In this document: positions 12,108 through 24,489 of the stretch, in pieces
How the letters are laid out: each line of letters begins with the position of its first letter
Numbering within the stretch: position 1 is the stretch's first letter
Assembly (NCBI GenBank): GCA_022605425.2
Contig: JAKIMF020000007.1
Coordinates: 372,001-436,000, forward strand
Source: Hamiltosporidium tvaerminnensis FI-OER-3-3
Lineage: Eukaryota > Fungi > Microsporidia
DNA length: 64,000 bases
Reading direction: 5' to 3'
Position numbers and translations under genes: made by a program
The notes under the pieces: model-generated
What the model was told of the DNA's origin: nothing
Databases searched by the model: none
Seen by the model: the letters and a program-made list of their open reading frames with translations, nothing else

Positions 12108-15100
12108 TTTATTTGATAAAATTCTGGGTTTAAATAGTTCTAAGATCTTTATGCATTTTCTTCTACCTCTTTTACCACTTTTGTTTATTCTTCCAAATCC
12201 GACTCTTTATTTATGTTATTGGTCGGTTCCTCTAAAGTAGTTCCTCTTTGTGAAATAAAGGGTGCTTTATTTTTTGGTTTAAAATTTTTTGCACCATCTT
12301 CCTCTCTCTTCTCTTCTTTTAAAGGGGGTGTTGGTTCCTCGTGCATCTCTGCTCTCATAATAACACCCATTGACGCTCTCTCCTAGCTCTATTCGGCATT
12401 TAGTCCTGACTCAAGTCCTCTTCGTCGATCAAAGGAAATTGTTTCGACTGTCTTCTTAAGTACTATAGCCTGAATGTATGCCTCTAAATTCATGGGTATT
12501 TCTAGTCTTTTAAGATGAGATTTATGGTATTTTGTCATAATACCATGCCAGGTCATCACATAAGGGATTATCTCAACACTACACTTATAAATAAGACCCA
12601 AATCATTGGCTAGCAGGTCATACTTCCTAAGTTTTTCAGTTTCAGCTACTTGAAGTGAATCTTTGGAAGTGATTCCTACTTCAATGAGCGTTATCTTATT
12701 CTTCTTCTTATCTAAAATAAATATATCGGGTCTGTTATTCCGAATTTTAACATCAGTTTTTATTCTGGTGTACACTCCTATCTCTGCATACTCATTATCA
12801 AGAATTTCTTGTTCTGGGTGACTCCTAATTCGTTTTGAAGACTTAAACTTATATTTACTTAAGAGAACTATGTGTAGGTATCTAACCACTTCATTATTCA
12901 GTCTGGTGTAGTCATGACCTCGCATTTTTCAAATCGAGTTGCTAGATGATCTACAGTCTTAACAGATTTATCAGAGTGTTGTTACATACCATCTGCTCCC
13001 CAGAATACATTTCTATCCTGGATATAGCAGAACACAGCTTCACTTCGTAGCCTAATATCCCCTCTCTTTAACCATCTTGAAGAGTCACTAATACTCAAAA
13101 GCTCATTTTTTCTTGCATTATATAAGTTTGAATGAAGTTTTCGTGTTTCTACTTCGTTATATAGTTTTGCAAGTTGAGCTTCTTCTAAACTTTTCTTAGT
13201 GACTTCTTCTACCAACCTGTACTGTATTGTAATAAGTTTTTTAATACTGAAAGATGGGTCTTATTATTATTCTTCACCTTGAGGATTGCTGCTCGTCTAG
13301 TTGATGTTTCTTTACCTTTTTCCAGACAATCCAAGAGTCGCGGAAGCATATGTTCGCTTGCAACTCAAAACTACAGAAGCTTTTTCAAGGTTTGTTCTAG
13401 GAAGATATTAACGGTCTTTTATTCTAGGCGAAGATGTACCTTATTCTTCACCAACACCGCACGCACTACATCATCCAACTTAGAGAAGTTTGCAAAATCT
13501 TTCAAGTCTTTATAAGTTTGCTGTCTACTTCATCGAATGCTACGTTTTAGAATTCTTCTGCTATCTCCTATTATTTTTAAATGTTTGTGAACAGCAACAC
13601 CTTCATGAAGAGATCCAGTATCTTAAAAGCAAGTATAATTTGTGGCTATTTTTTTGATCTCTAACATAATTCCATTTTTATTTCATTTGCCTCACCTGTC
13701 ATAGCGCTGAATATCAGACTTTCTCAAAAAAGAACTTAAGATCGTTAATGAAAAGAGAGGGTGGGTAATATGAGAGTTTACATATATGCAGTGCATCTTT
13801 GTGTATTTTTCAATAAGCTTTTGGCTCAAATAATTCATACACAAACAAATAAAATAGTGTCAGACTATCTCCGTGCAGAATTACTCTCTCAATCTTCTTG
13901 CTCCTGGTTTTTTCAGGCTCTAATGATATATCAATATTCTATTGCTGATAATTACTTTAATAAGTTTCATGATCCAATCAGTTAAATATAGTAGTTTTAT
14001 GCATCGAGATTAATAAGCATGATATATTGAATTTAATCGAAATTGACATCAATCTATGGTGCCCCAAGATTGCTGTCATACTTTTCATTTAAGACAATGT
14101 TGAGTAAAGGCCTATTTTTTAGCTCCTCGCACATCTCTTACCGTCACTAATTTATTCTCTGCAAGCTACCCACGCCTTTCCACTTAAAATTGAACGACTT
14201 TCGTTACACACTTTGTCGTTAACTTGTAGAGGTTGAAGATACAAGTATTGTTCTGTAACAGAGCTTCCTCGCGGAATTCCTTTCGGTATCAAATACCGAG
14301 TTCGCACAAGAACTAATCAGCTTAAGTTACCTCTTCTAAATATATGCCTTTCACAATATCATAAAGATATTTATGAAGAGTTGTAAGTTTCTAAATGAAA
14401 AAATTGTAAATACCATCAATTCCAGCAGCTTTTCAATTAGGAAGCCAATTAATGATATTTACAAATTCATCAAGTAAAAGAAACATGGTCGGATGATTAT
14501 CTGATACAAAGGGAATCAAATAATTTTCATAAGTGACTGTGTCAGTATTTTTGTTCAACATTGTAGACCAAAAACTCACAATTTCATCACTACTCACCAC
14601 AATCTCGGATTTCACACGCTCAGATAACCCACGATAAAATCGACCTCGGAAAAGCTCAAACATACGATTCTCTTTTCGGAATTGCTTCCTACTTTCATGC
14701 ATCGTAATTTTTTTCTCGTAAACATTCAAAGACTCATTCTTCTTAACTAAAGCCTCAGAAAGATCAGTTACACTGCTCAAGTTTAAATTAAACTCTCGCA
14801 TAATTTTCTTAAATCTTTTTGTTTCCGAAGGGAAGAGCTTATACTGTTACCGAGCTTTCTCGCGAAGATCTTTGGAAAGTACTAACTTAGAAATTTTACT
14901 TTCTATGTTTTCCTTCCAAGCGGATCTAGGCTTCTCTTTACGTGTGGCCTCGTCATAGCATACCTGTGCAGCTTGCCTGATATACGCGGTTTCCGTAATT
15001 GAATAAGGTACATGATTTCCGGCACATTCGCCTACTACTCGATTAATGAGACCCAGAACTTTACTATCAACTAATTTATTTGGATGTTTTCTAGTTCAGA

Positions 15101-15770
15101 CCTTCACTTTTTCAATTTCTTTCTCCGAAAGTTCTTTGATTTTACTCAAAAATTAATCTCTCAAGCTTATGTACACTGTCGTGTCGGGCAGGGTGCATGT
15201 ATTAGGGAGAAAGTTGCGTTTCTACGTCGCTCTCCATTCTCTTCTGATTTTACTTCTTTTCCCATCTCACTTTGTGCCAATTTTTTTTCACACTTCGAGA
15301 GTTTAGCGCAGCCAAATTTCACATTATATTTGTGAAGCTTTCTAGCCATTCTTGGCATTCTTTCAAACCTTGTCTGTACTGCGAAAAAACAATTCGAGTT
15401 CATTTTTTTAAGTCGGCTGCTACGGAATCGAATATCTTCCGCAAAGCCATTGGCCTGTTACCTTCTGTAATAGCTGGAGTACATGGTTTGTCATGCATAC
15501 GATTGCTCGCACGCAGAGACTTCAACCGAAGAAGGAAGTGGTGTAGTAGGCGAAGGTATGATGTCAAGCCTACTATTTTGCATGTTACTGCATGTTTGGC
15601 TTGATGGTTGATGTTGTATGGGAAAAGGAAGCTAGGTAAATCGCCGGTAGGTGTTACCTACCGTATTGCATCGCATCCCCACTTTTATTGACTTAATCTG
15701 CGTCGTTTTAAGCCTTTATTTCAATATTTTTTTTGTATTTTGCTGCCAAAATTTCTCCTTGTAATATCTA
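12108..15770 (-). mobile_element. RLE non-LTR retrotransposon copy A (near full length, degraded)
   Basis: ORF fragments 15167-15403, 14433-14801, 12982-13215, 12389-12925 (RPDIFILD..IEV..EKLRKY) and 12185-12370 are colinear with copies C and E. Family 3' terminus AACCCAGAATTTTATCAAATAAA at ~12108-12130. The 5' boundary is approximate and no TSD is visible. Confidence 0.92.
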
Positions 15771-18466
15771 TTTATAAATGAATACAAAAATATTAGAAAA
15801 ATAAAAAGATTTCGACATTTAATTAAGATTCAATTTTTAAAAATATTTTTACAACATTTTAATAAAAACACGAATTATTTTTTTCGAATCTTATAATAGA
15901 TGCGAGAGAAGTTTTGGGATATTCTAAATCAAATACGTTTCGAATGAATATTTGAAAGTTTGAAGTCTAAAAAAAGCCTATAAGAAATATATAGTTTATT
16001 TCATACCTGCTGTGTTATTTTCAGATTTATTTTTTTTAGAGAGCGTGTTCACGTAAAGTTTACGAAAATACCTACAAACGTCATGAAATCCAATACCATG
16101 ACTTGATATGTAATTTCAACTAGAAAGGCTTTATATATCTTAAGTTTTTTAGAGAACCAAAACTCCAAGGCTGTCTAAAAAGATATAATTATCTTTGCTT
16201 TATGTATTTGCTAATGCAGATTTTATTTGGAATGAAATTAAAATAAAATAAACTGTAGATTTAGCCAGAATACGGATACATTTGGGTTTTAATCTTAAAA
16301 TATTGTTTTTTTAGGGATTAAAAATACTCGTTTTCTTTGTAATTTTTAAAAGGCCAAAAATATCATTATAATATAGTTTAAACTTAAGCAAATAATATTT
16401 GAAATTATAAAAAACGTTGGGTAATATCTTATGGATGTATTTTACAATTAATACAATTTTTATATTCTTTAAATGTAAAGATCTTGATTTCAATGTCGGT
16501 GTAATAAAGAAAGTGGCTCAACTATTAGTCTTCAATAATCGATTTGTGTATCAAAGTATCAAAATATAAATTATAATACTTTCTTAGGCTTCTTTGCCAA
16601 AGTCTTATTTATACCTTCAAAATATGTTATGATTAATCCGTCATGTAAATCAATGAAAACTATGAATAATAAAACAATTTACCAGAAAATTAAAGTACGA
16701 ATCGTAATAAAAACATCAAATTATATTGATATTTGTGAAAAAGAAAATTTTGAAAAAAACAGTCAAAATAACTTACTGTTATATTTATAGACAGAAATAG
16801 CAAATTATTTTAGGAACAATGAATATAATTAAAAAAAATTTCCATATACTTTATCCTATAATAAACAATTTAATAATAATTAAAAAATATTTCTCCTATA
16901 TTTTATACATATTTTACATTAAAAAATATTTTACGCCAGTTTTAATCAAAAAAAATTGGGTCCGAATTCCTCATCGAGGAAATAGTTTATTTCTCTCGAT
17001 CTATTGGTTCGAACAGGCTTCATTATATTTATTTCTGTGGTTTTAAAATTATTTTTTCGAAGACTTGAAACAGTCTTATAGTCCAATACTTCTATTGATA
17101 AAGACAAAAGTCCAAGATTTTTAAATAATTTAAAAAACTTGAAATCCTTTTCTCGAATTCTATTCACATTAAGTGCTACCAAAACTACAGAGCTAAACAA
17201 CGCTTTATTGAAAAGTTTTTCAAAATCAATACAATCTGATCCGTGATAAATTTTTAAAGTAATACTTTCAAGTTTTTTCATTGTGATAAAAAATTTGGTT
17301 TCTTTTTCAGTAATTCTATACACGCAATAGACAATATTGAGAAGTTTTGAAAAATCGTAAACTTCAGATAAAAAATATAATATATTTATGGTTTTGTAAT
17401 CGTTTAGATCTGTTTTGATTTCGAGATTTTTTAAATATTTTTTATTTTCTTGAATAAAGAAACTATGAAAAAAATTGCAAATTTTTCTTATAGGCGACAA
17501 TGAATTTCTAATCTCTGTATGTATTAACATAAAGCTCTGAATACATTTAAATCTATTTAAATATATCAAAAAATTATAATCAATATGAGATTTTAAATTA
17601 TTTAAAGCCAGTGATTTCAAATTTCTATTTGTCATGGAACCATAGGAAAGAAAGTCTAGACTACATAGAAAATACGAATTTACCAGTTCTATGGAAACAA
17701 GCGTATTTGTTTCCAAGAAATATATAAGCATCATTTTATTTAAAACTATATTCACGAGAAACAAATATTTGATTGTTTTAATATATTTCATAGATACAAG
17801 CACGCTATTGTTGAGTTCACGAGCAGGAGAATCGTATTCTATAGAGATTCTAATAATTTTGGGCATAAAACAATCAAGAATTGCTAAAGAAGTTGGAAAA
17901 CCTGCTGTTCTTTGATATTGATAGTCATGATAATAATTATGCAAGAATGGTATAAATTTCATTGGAATTTCAGTATCAACTGATGCATTTTGAAATTTAC
18001 TAGAATAAAATATTAAATTTTTCGGCATCAGTTGTAAAATTTCAGGATCGGTATTTAAGAATTCATAAGTTTGACAGAAAATTTTACAAATTTTATCAAG
18101 ATTCAAACGATAAAAATCAATCAGCGATCGTACCCTTTCAAAATCGAACAGTTCAGATTTCAATGTAACTTTATTTATATTACTACATAGAGTCAATAAT
18201 TTTTTAAGTTCTATCAAAGTCAAGTTACATTCTAATTTTAATACTTTTAATTTATTCCAGAAAATCGGCATATTTTTGTTTAAAAATAACTCGATTACAT
18301 TTGTAGAAGAACGAATATATAATTTTCTTGTATAAAATGTAACATTTGACCATAGTAATTTCGCCTTTTCATATGTTTCCTCATTTGTAAAAATTAAATA
18401 AATGATGTCGAAATTGGCAATTCTAGAAAAAAATATCCATGTTTTCACAAGAAATTTCGACGTAAA

Positions 18467-18484
18467 AATTTTATAAGTTTTATT
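18467..18484. repeat. Target-site duplication of copy B (partner 19121-19138)
   Basis: Identical 18-mer AATTTTATAAGTTTTATT on both sides. Its first 7 nt (AATTTTA) also match the element at the truncation point (cf. CCGAATTTTAACATC in copy A), i.e. microhomology. Confidence 0.93.
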
Positions 18485-19120
18485 TTTATTTAATAAAATT
18501 CTGGGTTAAAATATTTTTTACCATTTTTACATGTTTTCTTCTACCTCTTTGACCACTTTTGTCTCTTCTTCCAAATCCGACTCTTCATTTATGTTATTGG
18601 TCGGTTCCTCTAAAGTGGTTCCTCCTTGTAAAATAAAGGGGGCTTTATATTTTGGTTTAAAATTTTTGGCACCATCTTCCTCTGTTTTCGCTTCTTTTAA
18701 AGGGGGTATTGGTTCCTCATGCATCTCTGATCTCATAATAACACCCATTGACGCTCTCTCCCAGCTCTCTTCGGCATTTAGTCCTGACTCAAGTCCTCTT
18801 CGTCGATCAAAGGAAATAGTTTCGACTGTCTTTTTAAGTACTATAGACTGAATGTATGCTTCTACATTCATGGGTATTTCTAGTCTTTTAAGATGAGATT
18901 TATGGTATTTTGTCACAATACCGTCCCAGGTCATCACATAAGGGATTATCTCAACACTACACTTATAAATAAGGCCCAACTCATTGGCTAGCAGGTCATA
19001 CTTCCTTAGTTTTTCAGTTTCAACTATTTGAAGTGAATCTTGGGAAGTGATTCCTACTTCAATGAGTGTTATCTTATTCTTCTTCTTATCTAAAATAAAT
19101 ATGTCCGGTCTGTTATTCCG
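18485..19120 (-). mobile_element. RLE non-LTR retrotransposon copy B: 5'-truncated, recent, endonuclease domain + 3' end only
   Basis: Encodes RNNRPDIFILD...VEENM, with 3 aa differences from the C-terminus of copy E. Carries the family 3' terminus. Flanked by a perfect 18-bp direct repeat AATTTTATAAGTTTTATT at 18467-18484 and 19121-19138. Confidence 0.95.
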
Positions 19121-22100
19121 AATTTTATAAGTTTTATTAATACTAATATTGTCTAATCTTATAGTAAAATTTGTTTTATGCGGCTTTTTAACAGAATTAT
19201 AGGAATTGCAATAGATATCAAGACTTTTAAATGTCAAATCGATATTCTTCGATAAAATAATAAATCTCTCCGCACTCTTATCATCAAATGTTATAAAATT
19301 AATAAAAAATATCCATATATCCATAAAAAGAGACTTTTTAATATAACTATAATGATATATACAAAGATTATTATCAAAGTACAAAGTAGAATCTTGCCTA
19401 AGCATTTCAGACATAACATTTCTTAATAAATCTTTTAAAAATAATCTCTTTCTTTTGTTTTTTCAATATCTAATATGGTGATAATTAATAATATATCTAA
19501 AAAATCTTGTAGATTTATCTGACTAATAAAACTATCTGAATTATCTATCAATTTAAGAAATAAAAGTAGAGCAGGATATGAGATATCTTTTAAAAATATC
19601 TTTATATTTGTACGTTTAGAATCCAAATGTTTTTTTATGAGTTTGGAATTGAATAGCATGTTATTCCGATGATGTAAAGTATGAATATTTGGATTGTAAT
19701 ATTTAGGTTGTTTAGAAGGCGCTTCATATCGTAAAATGTTATTTTTAAAAATTGTAATTTTTTCTTCTTCATTTATCCACTCAGCTGAATTATTTTCTTT
19801 AAATATCATTTCAAAATTTATATCGCTATGACATAAATCCGTTATACAATTCTCATCGTTTAAAACAAAAAAAACCACTTTGCTGGAAGATATATACAAT
19901 ATGAAGCGTATACAAAGCAGCAAAACGTATAGTTTTTTCTCTAGAATTTTATTTGAAACCATGGCTATGTTCTATGAATGCCTTCTAATTTAATAGTATT
20001 AAATAATTTTTCATTAACGATAAAAATATTTAAAGTTATCCCTTATTTTGATAAATTAATCTTTGGATAGTTAATCGAGTTGATAAAATATAAGAAAATC
20101 TTTAAATATATTCTTATAGAGTTTGGAACTTTCGATTTTTTTTAAAAGTCGTTTTCATCGGCTAAATATTTAAATTAGATAGCAAAATATTTTATTAGGC
20201 ACATGGTTGTCCACAGTAAATTTTCTTAAAAAATGTTAAGGTTCATTGTAGTCTCAAATTTTTTATATAAGACTTAAATTTTATATTTTTGTTGTGTCTT
20301 AAAGCCATAACAATAAGATTAATTCTGTATTTTTAATTGAATCGATTTAATCTAATATAACATAAGAAGTAAAAAATAAGCATGCTTTATGAATAAAGAG
20401 ATGCATCTTTTAGATATTTTTGATTTAAATGGGTCAGTGTGGTGTTATGCTTTATTTTTGTTCTCTGAATAATTAATCTTTAATTAAAAAGATGTTTTTC
20501 TAACTGGCTATGATATAAGAGAACCAAATGTAAAAGTTTATGGTTTTAATGATAGATAAAACAACTTATTTGAATTTTATTTGCTTAGACTATTTTTTTA
20601 TAAAAATTAATCGGATAGTTTGTTTTCCTGCTTAAAAAATGATAATTATATTACATATTGCACAAATTAAGTTAGTTTAGCGTTCGAATTTTTTCTTTTA
20701 AAGACTTTAGAAAGCCCAAAGCGGAATAAAATTAGCAGTCTTTTTAAGTTCTATATAAAAAAAATAGATGAAATATACTTAAACAGACCAAGTAAATATA
20801 CTGTCATAAAAATAAATTGATTTATATGGTAAAATACTACAATTTTAAATCTCTTATATTCGTGGTTTAAGCATGTATAAATATATTTGAATCCTGCAAA
20901 GATAAATCCGTGTTAATTGTTTCAGGTCTAAAAAATAATAGAAATCTACTATAGAAAATTGCTTTTTTTAAGAGCCTTACCCATCACTCTCCCATATAAA
21001 AATACTGCCGTCAATTTCCATACCCTTTTTGCAAATTATGTATATCCGAGTTTTTCAAACGGTTATTCTATTCATGCCTCGATATCTATATACATTTTCT
21101 TTATTCATATTCATATGCCGATGTTACTTTTTTATGGATTACTAACTATCTCAACTTAAATTTGGTTTCATCAAAGAAATCCAGAAAATAGAAAGTATAG
21201 ACATATTTCAAATCCAAGCCATTTTTTCTATTTTGTTATTCTTTGCTTTCAGTAGGTTTCTAAAGCAAAAAGTGTTTTTAACATTCAGTGATTAGCCCAG
21301 GCAATATCGAAGAATTCTGAATGATTAAAAAGTTTCATTGAATTTTATTCTTCTAAAATCCATATTTTTAATATATAAATAAATTTGTAGTGTTTGCCTT
21401 TAAGACTAAGGAAAGTTGGCTTGCAAAAAGATGAGTAAAAATATTTTTAAAATATAATAGACGCATATTTGGCTGAATCTATTGAAATAAATATTTGTTA
21501 ATGTGGAAAAGAAAACGTTTACTGAGTATAGATGATTTTTATTTATGAAATTCGGTACATAAGGTTATTTTATTGATGTAAACTACACCGATAAGCTTAT
21601 TTCTAAAGCAGAGCATTCTCTACACATTTCAGAAAAATCGACATAATGGCTTTAATTAGACAATTATACTATGGAATTCTTATAGCATACATATTTTTGT
21701 TTGATGAAGCATGTAAAGTATGGTTATATTTGATTATTTTAGAAAAAAATGAAGGTTTATAATCAATCGTATCGTATCGAATAAGATTTCATTATGAGGA
21801 ATCGTGCAGATCTTGTATGATATAGTGATACAATAATAAATATAATATACACACAAAGAATTGTCCCTGCAATAGTGTATTCACAAGACCTAAAAATTTG
21901 TAAAAGACTCATTGAAAATTTCAGTTTAAAACTTTGATTTACAGCGGAAATACAATCCCGAGTGATTAAGGTTAAAAAATGACCTCGGTAAACGTTCTAA
22001 AGTGATCTGGGTATTAGAGTTATACGTGAAAAACGACGCTTGTACAAGCGTAAAGTCGGATCGGTCGCATAAATCAGACTATAAAACATGGCTGACAAAA

Positions 22101-24475
22101 AAAAAGAACGAAAAAATGGAATAATATAGATCGTGTATATTAGAAATATTTTTATATAAACATGACACAAAAATGCACAGCACAGCAAATAAATCAATTT
22201 TTTTGTTTTTACTTTTCAATAAGAGCTATATCAATAGACTTTCGGAATTTATAATACGCGAAACGTGTTAAAATAATGTTATATTCTATTAAATTTGTTT
22301 TTTGCCATTTTAGCTATAGAATAAAGGATGAGACACACTTGACATTTAAGGTTGTTTCTTATATGAACGGGTAAATCGAATATTTATATTCGGAAACAAC
22401 CATAATCACTGAATATAACAAAGGATAAAAAAATACTCCTGATAGATTGAAGAAATTTTGATATTCTAGAGAAAAAAATGCAAAAAACAAAAATTTATCA
22501 ATACTTGATATGTTTGTTTGTTAGAGATAAAATCAAAAAAAGACCGTATATGATTACAAAGACAAAAGCAAATTTTTTCTTTTTTATGCTTCGTTTGTTT
22601 ACTTTATTATAAGTAACATCATATTGGTGTAAAAATGTTGGTGTATGAGACTCATAAAGTGGTCAAACAGCATAATTTTACCTTTTTATTATATTTTGTT
22701 TTATTTTTAGTCCGAGATTGCATTTTATACGTTTCAAACTATAATATATAAATTTTAATTAAATACAAGCGAAAATTTTAGCGTAATTTTCTTAGAGAGA
22801 TTTGAAAGTCAAAGTAAAAACTTTGATTAAGTTTATTCTTTACAAAATTTGAACAAGAAATACTTTTTTTTAAAAATATATGTGAGTTTAAAGAAGGAAT
22901 GAAAATAATAGATTTTAAATATATAAAATTCTTAGAATCCAAGAGGCCAAAGGTCTAAGCGATGAGGGGGATGATCTAAAAAAATATTTGAAATAAATGT
23001 GGTGTATCACAAGCGGAAAAGGGGGTTTAAGCGAGTATATCTCACTTCAGCGATCTATACTTTCACAATTAATTACGCTCCGTAAAAAATTTCCTAAATG
23101 TAAATTTGCAGAATATACGTTTTCTCTTTCTATTTTTTGGTATGAACTTCGGTTTAATAGCAATTAAGCTATAATTCATAAGTTCTTTCTAGTTCCTTAT
23201 ATACACTTCTTTAATTTCTCAAAATTCTAGTTTCAAAGTTCTCGGTTCTATGAGCGAAATTATATCAGGCCAAATGTTTTTATATGTATGTAAATAATAA
23301 ACTATAAAAATCTAGAAGAAAACGTAAGTATGCGACTTGAAATCTAGCTAGGCTTTTGTGGAATTTAAAGATTTGAATTTACGAAAATAAGTGCAATTTT
23401 TTTTATTGAATAACGAAATTGGTTCTATTTTCTTGTGTTTTTAATGATTAAAAATTCCATTCCGAATCTGAATTCTTAGGTTACATATCCTTGGGCGCGA
23501 ATTTCTCTTAAAAACACATATAAGTAAAATAACTCATCTCTTGCCCACACAATTTCTGAACTGAATCCAATTTTTTTGGATCCTTTTCTTCGCATTAGCT
23601 CATATTTTGCCACATTTCAATTATACTTTATTACTACCTTTGTTTTCCCAATCTTTTATTCTATTTTTTGAACAATGGAATATTATAGAAACATATTAAA
23701 TCAAAAAGTAAAACCGTCGACTTTGGATTTAAAAATTTAAATAAAATGCAAAAATTTTATTTCACGTTTTCCATCAATGAATGTAAAGGAATTAGTGGAT
23801 GGTTGAGCTGGAATAAATTTTATAGTATTGAAGTTAAAATTTATAATAATTTCCGCTTTCTCAGCTTTTATACTGTTTTTTATCTTTTTGAATCCATTTT
23901 TTACTCAAATCTAAGCATTGATCTGTTAATTTATTCTGTCGAATATTTTTCTATTATGCTCCTTGTATTTAATAAAATGTATTGGAGAAGAAATGTATAA
24001 TTTTGAAACGCTAACTAATACATTCATTAAAATCTTTTTATATTTTAGCAAAATTATAATAGTAGATTTGATTCATTTTTTCGTTTTTATAGAATATTCA
24101 ATGTCATAGATTAAAATATAGAAAAAAAAAGTTGTGTATAGAGAAATAATGAAAAATAACTGAAAAGAAGCACAAGGCGCCGAAATTAAAGAAAAACAAT
24201 TGGATTTCTATGGTTTTTTTATTTTCTCTTATAAATTTTTTTAATTTATTTAAATTTCATATTTAGATTAGATTTCCTAGATTTTTTAGTTTTCTTTTGA
24301 ATAAGTGTGATATAAAAGCAGAGCCGATATATTGGCTAATAGCTCCAAGAAATTATAAATTTTGCAGCGGGAACATATTAGATCAGGAAAATAGATAATT
24401 ATTAAACAAAGATTTCTTATTAGATATTTAAGACACGAGGGGATGATATGATTTGTTTCCCGTTAATTCTTTAGC

Positions 24476-24489
24476 AACACGATACTTAT
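24476..24489. repeat. Target-site duplication of copy C (partner 28279-28292)
   Basis: Identical non-low-complexity 14-mer AACACGATACTTAT directly abutting both ends of the element. Confidence 0.93.

Larger units (their letters stand above)
16946..19962 (-). pseudogene. SP-BTB-LRR-like gene 2 (~787 aa reconstructed), split by retrotransposon copy B and a 1-bp homopolymer frameshift
   Basis: ORFs 19435-19962, the host part of 18527-19414, and 16946-18448 are colinear with gene 1. Removing 654 bp (18485-19138) restores INKTYKIFTSKFLVKTWIFF, same spacing as gene 1 IRKIYKIRNQKHYMNTWIFL. There is an A5 run at 19437-19441 where gene 1 has A6 (11464-11469). Confidence 0.9.

Noticed and set aside
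18449-18529. Read-through from the nuclease fusion into the in-frame LRR half
   Set aside because: Three in-frame TAA codons and a poly(A) signal lie between them.
18531-18851. Recurrent antisense ORFs in the retroelements (18531, 24618, 25581, 46924, 51654, 52710 etc.)
   Set aside because: Shadows of the sense ORF, repeated only because the copies are homologous. Ser/Phe/Leu-rich composition typical of antisense frames.
21515-21760. Possible piggyBac transposase traces (LSIDD; HISEKST*W cf. YIPxKPxKWG)
   Set aside because: Very short, stop-ridden matches with poor spacing and no TIRs; chance cannot be excluded.
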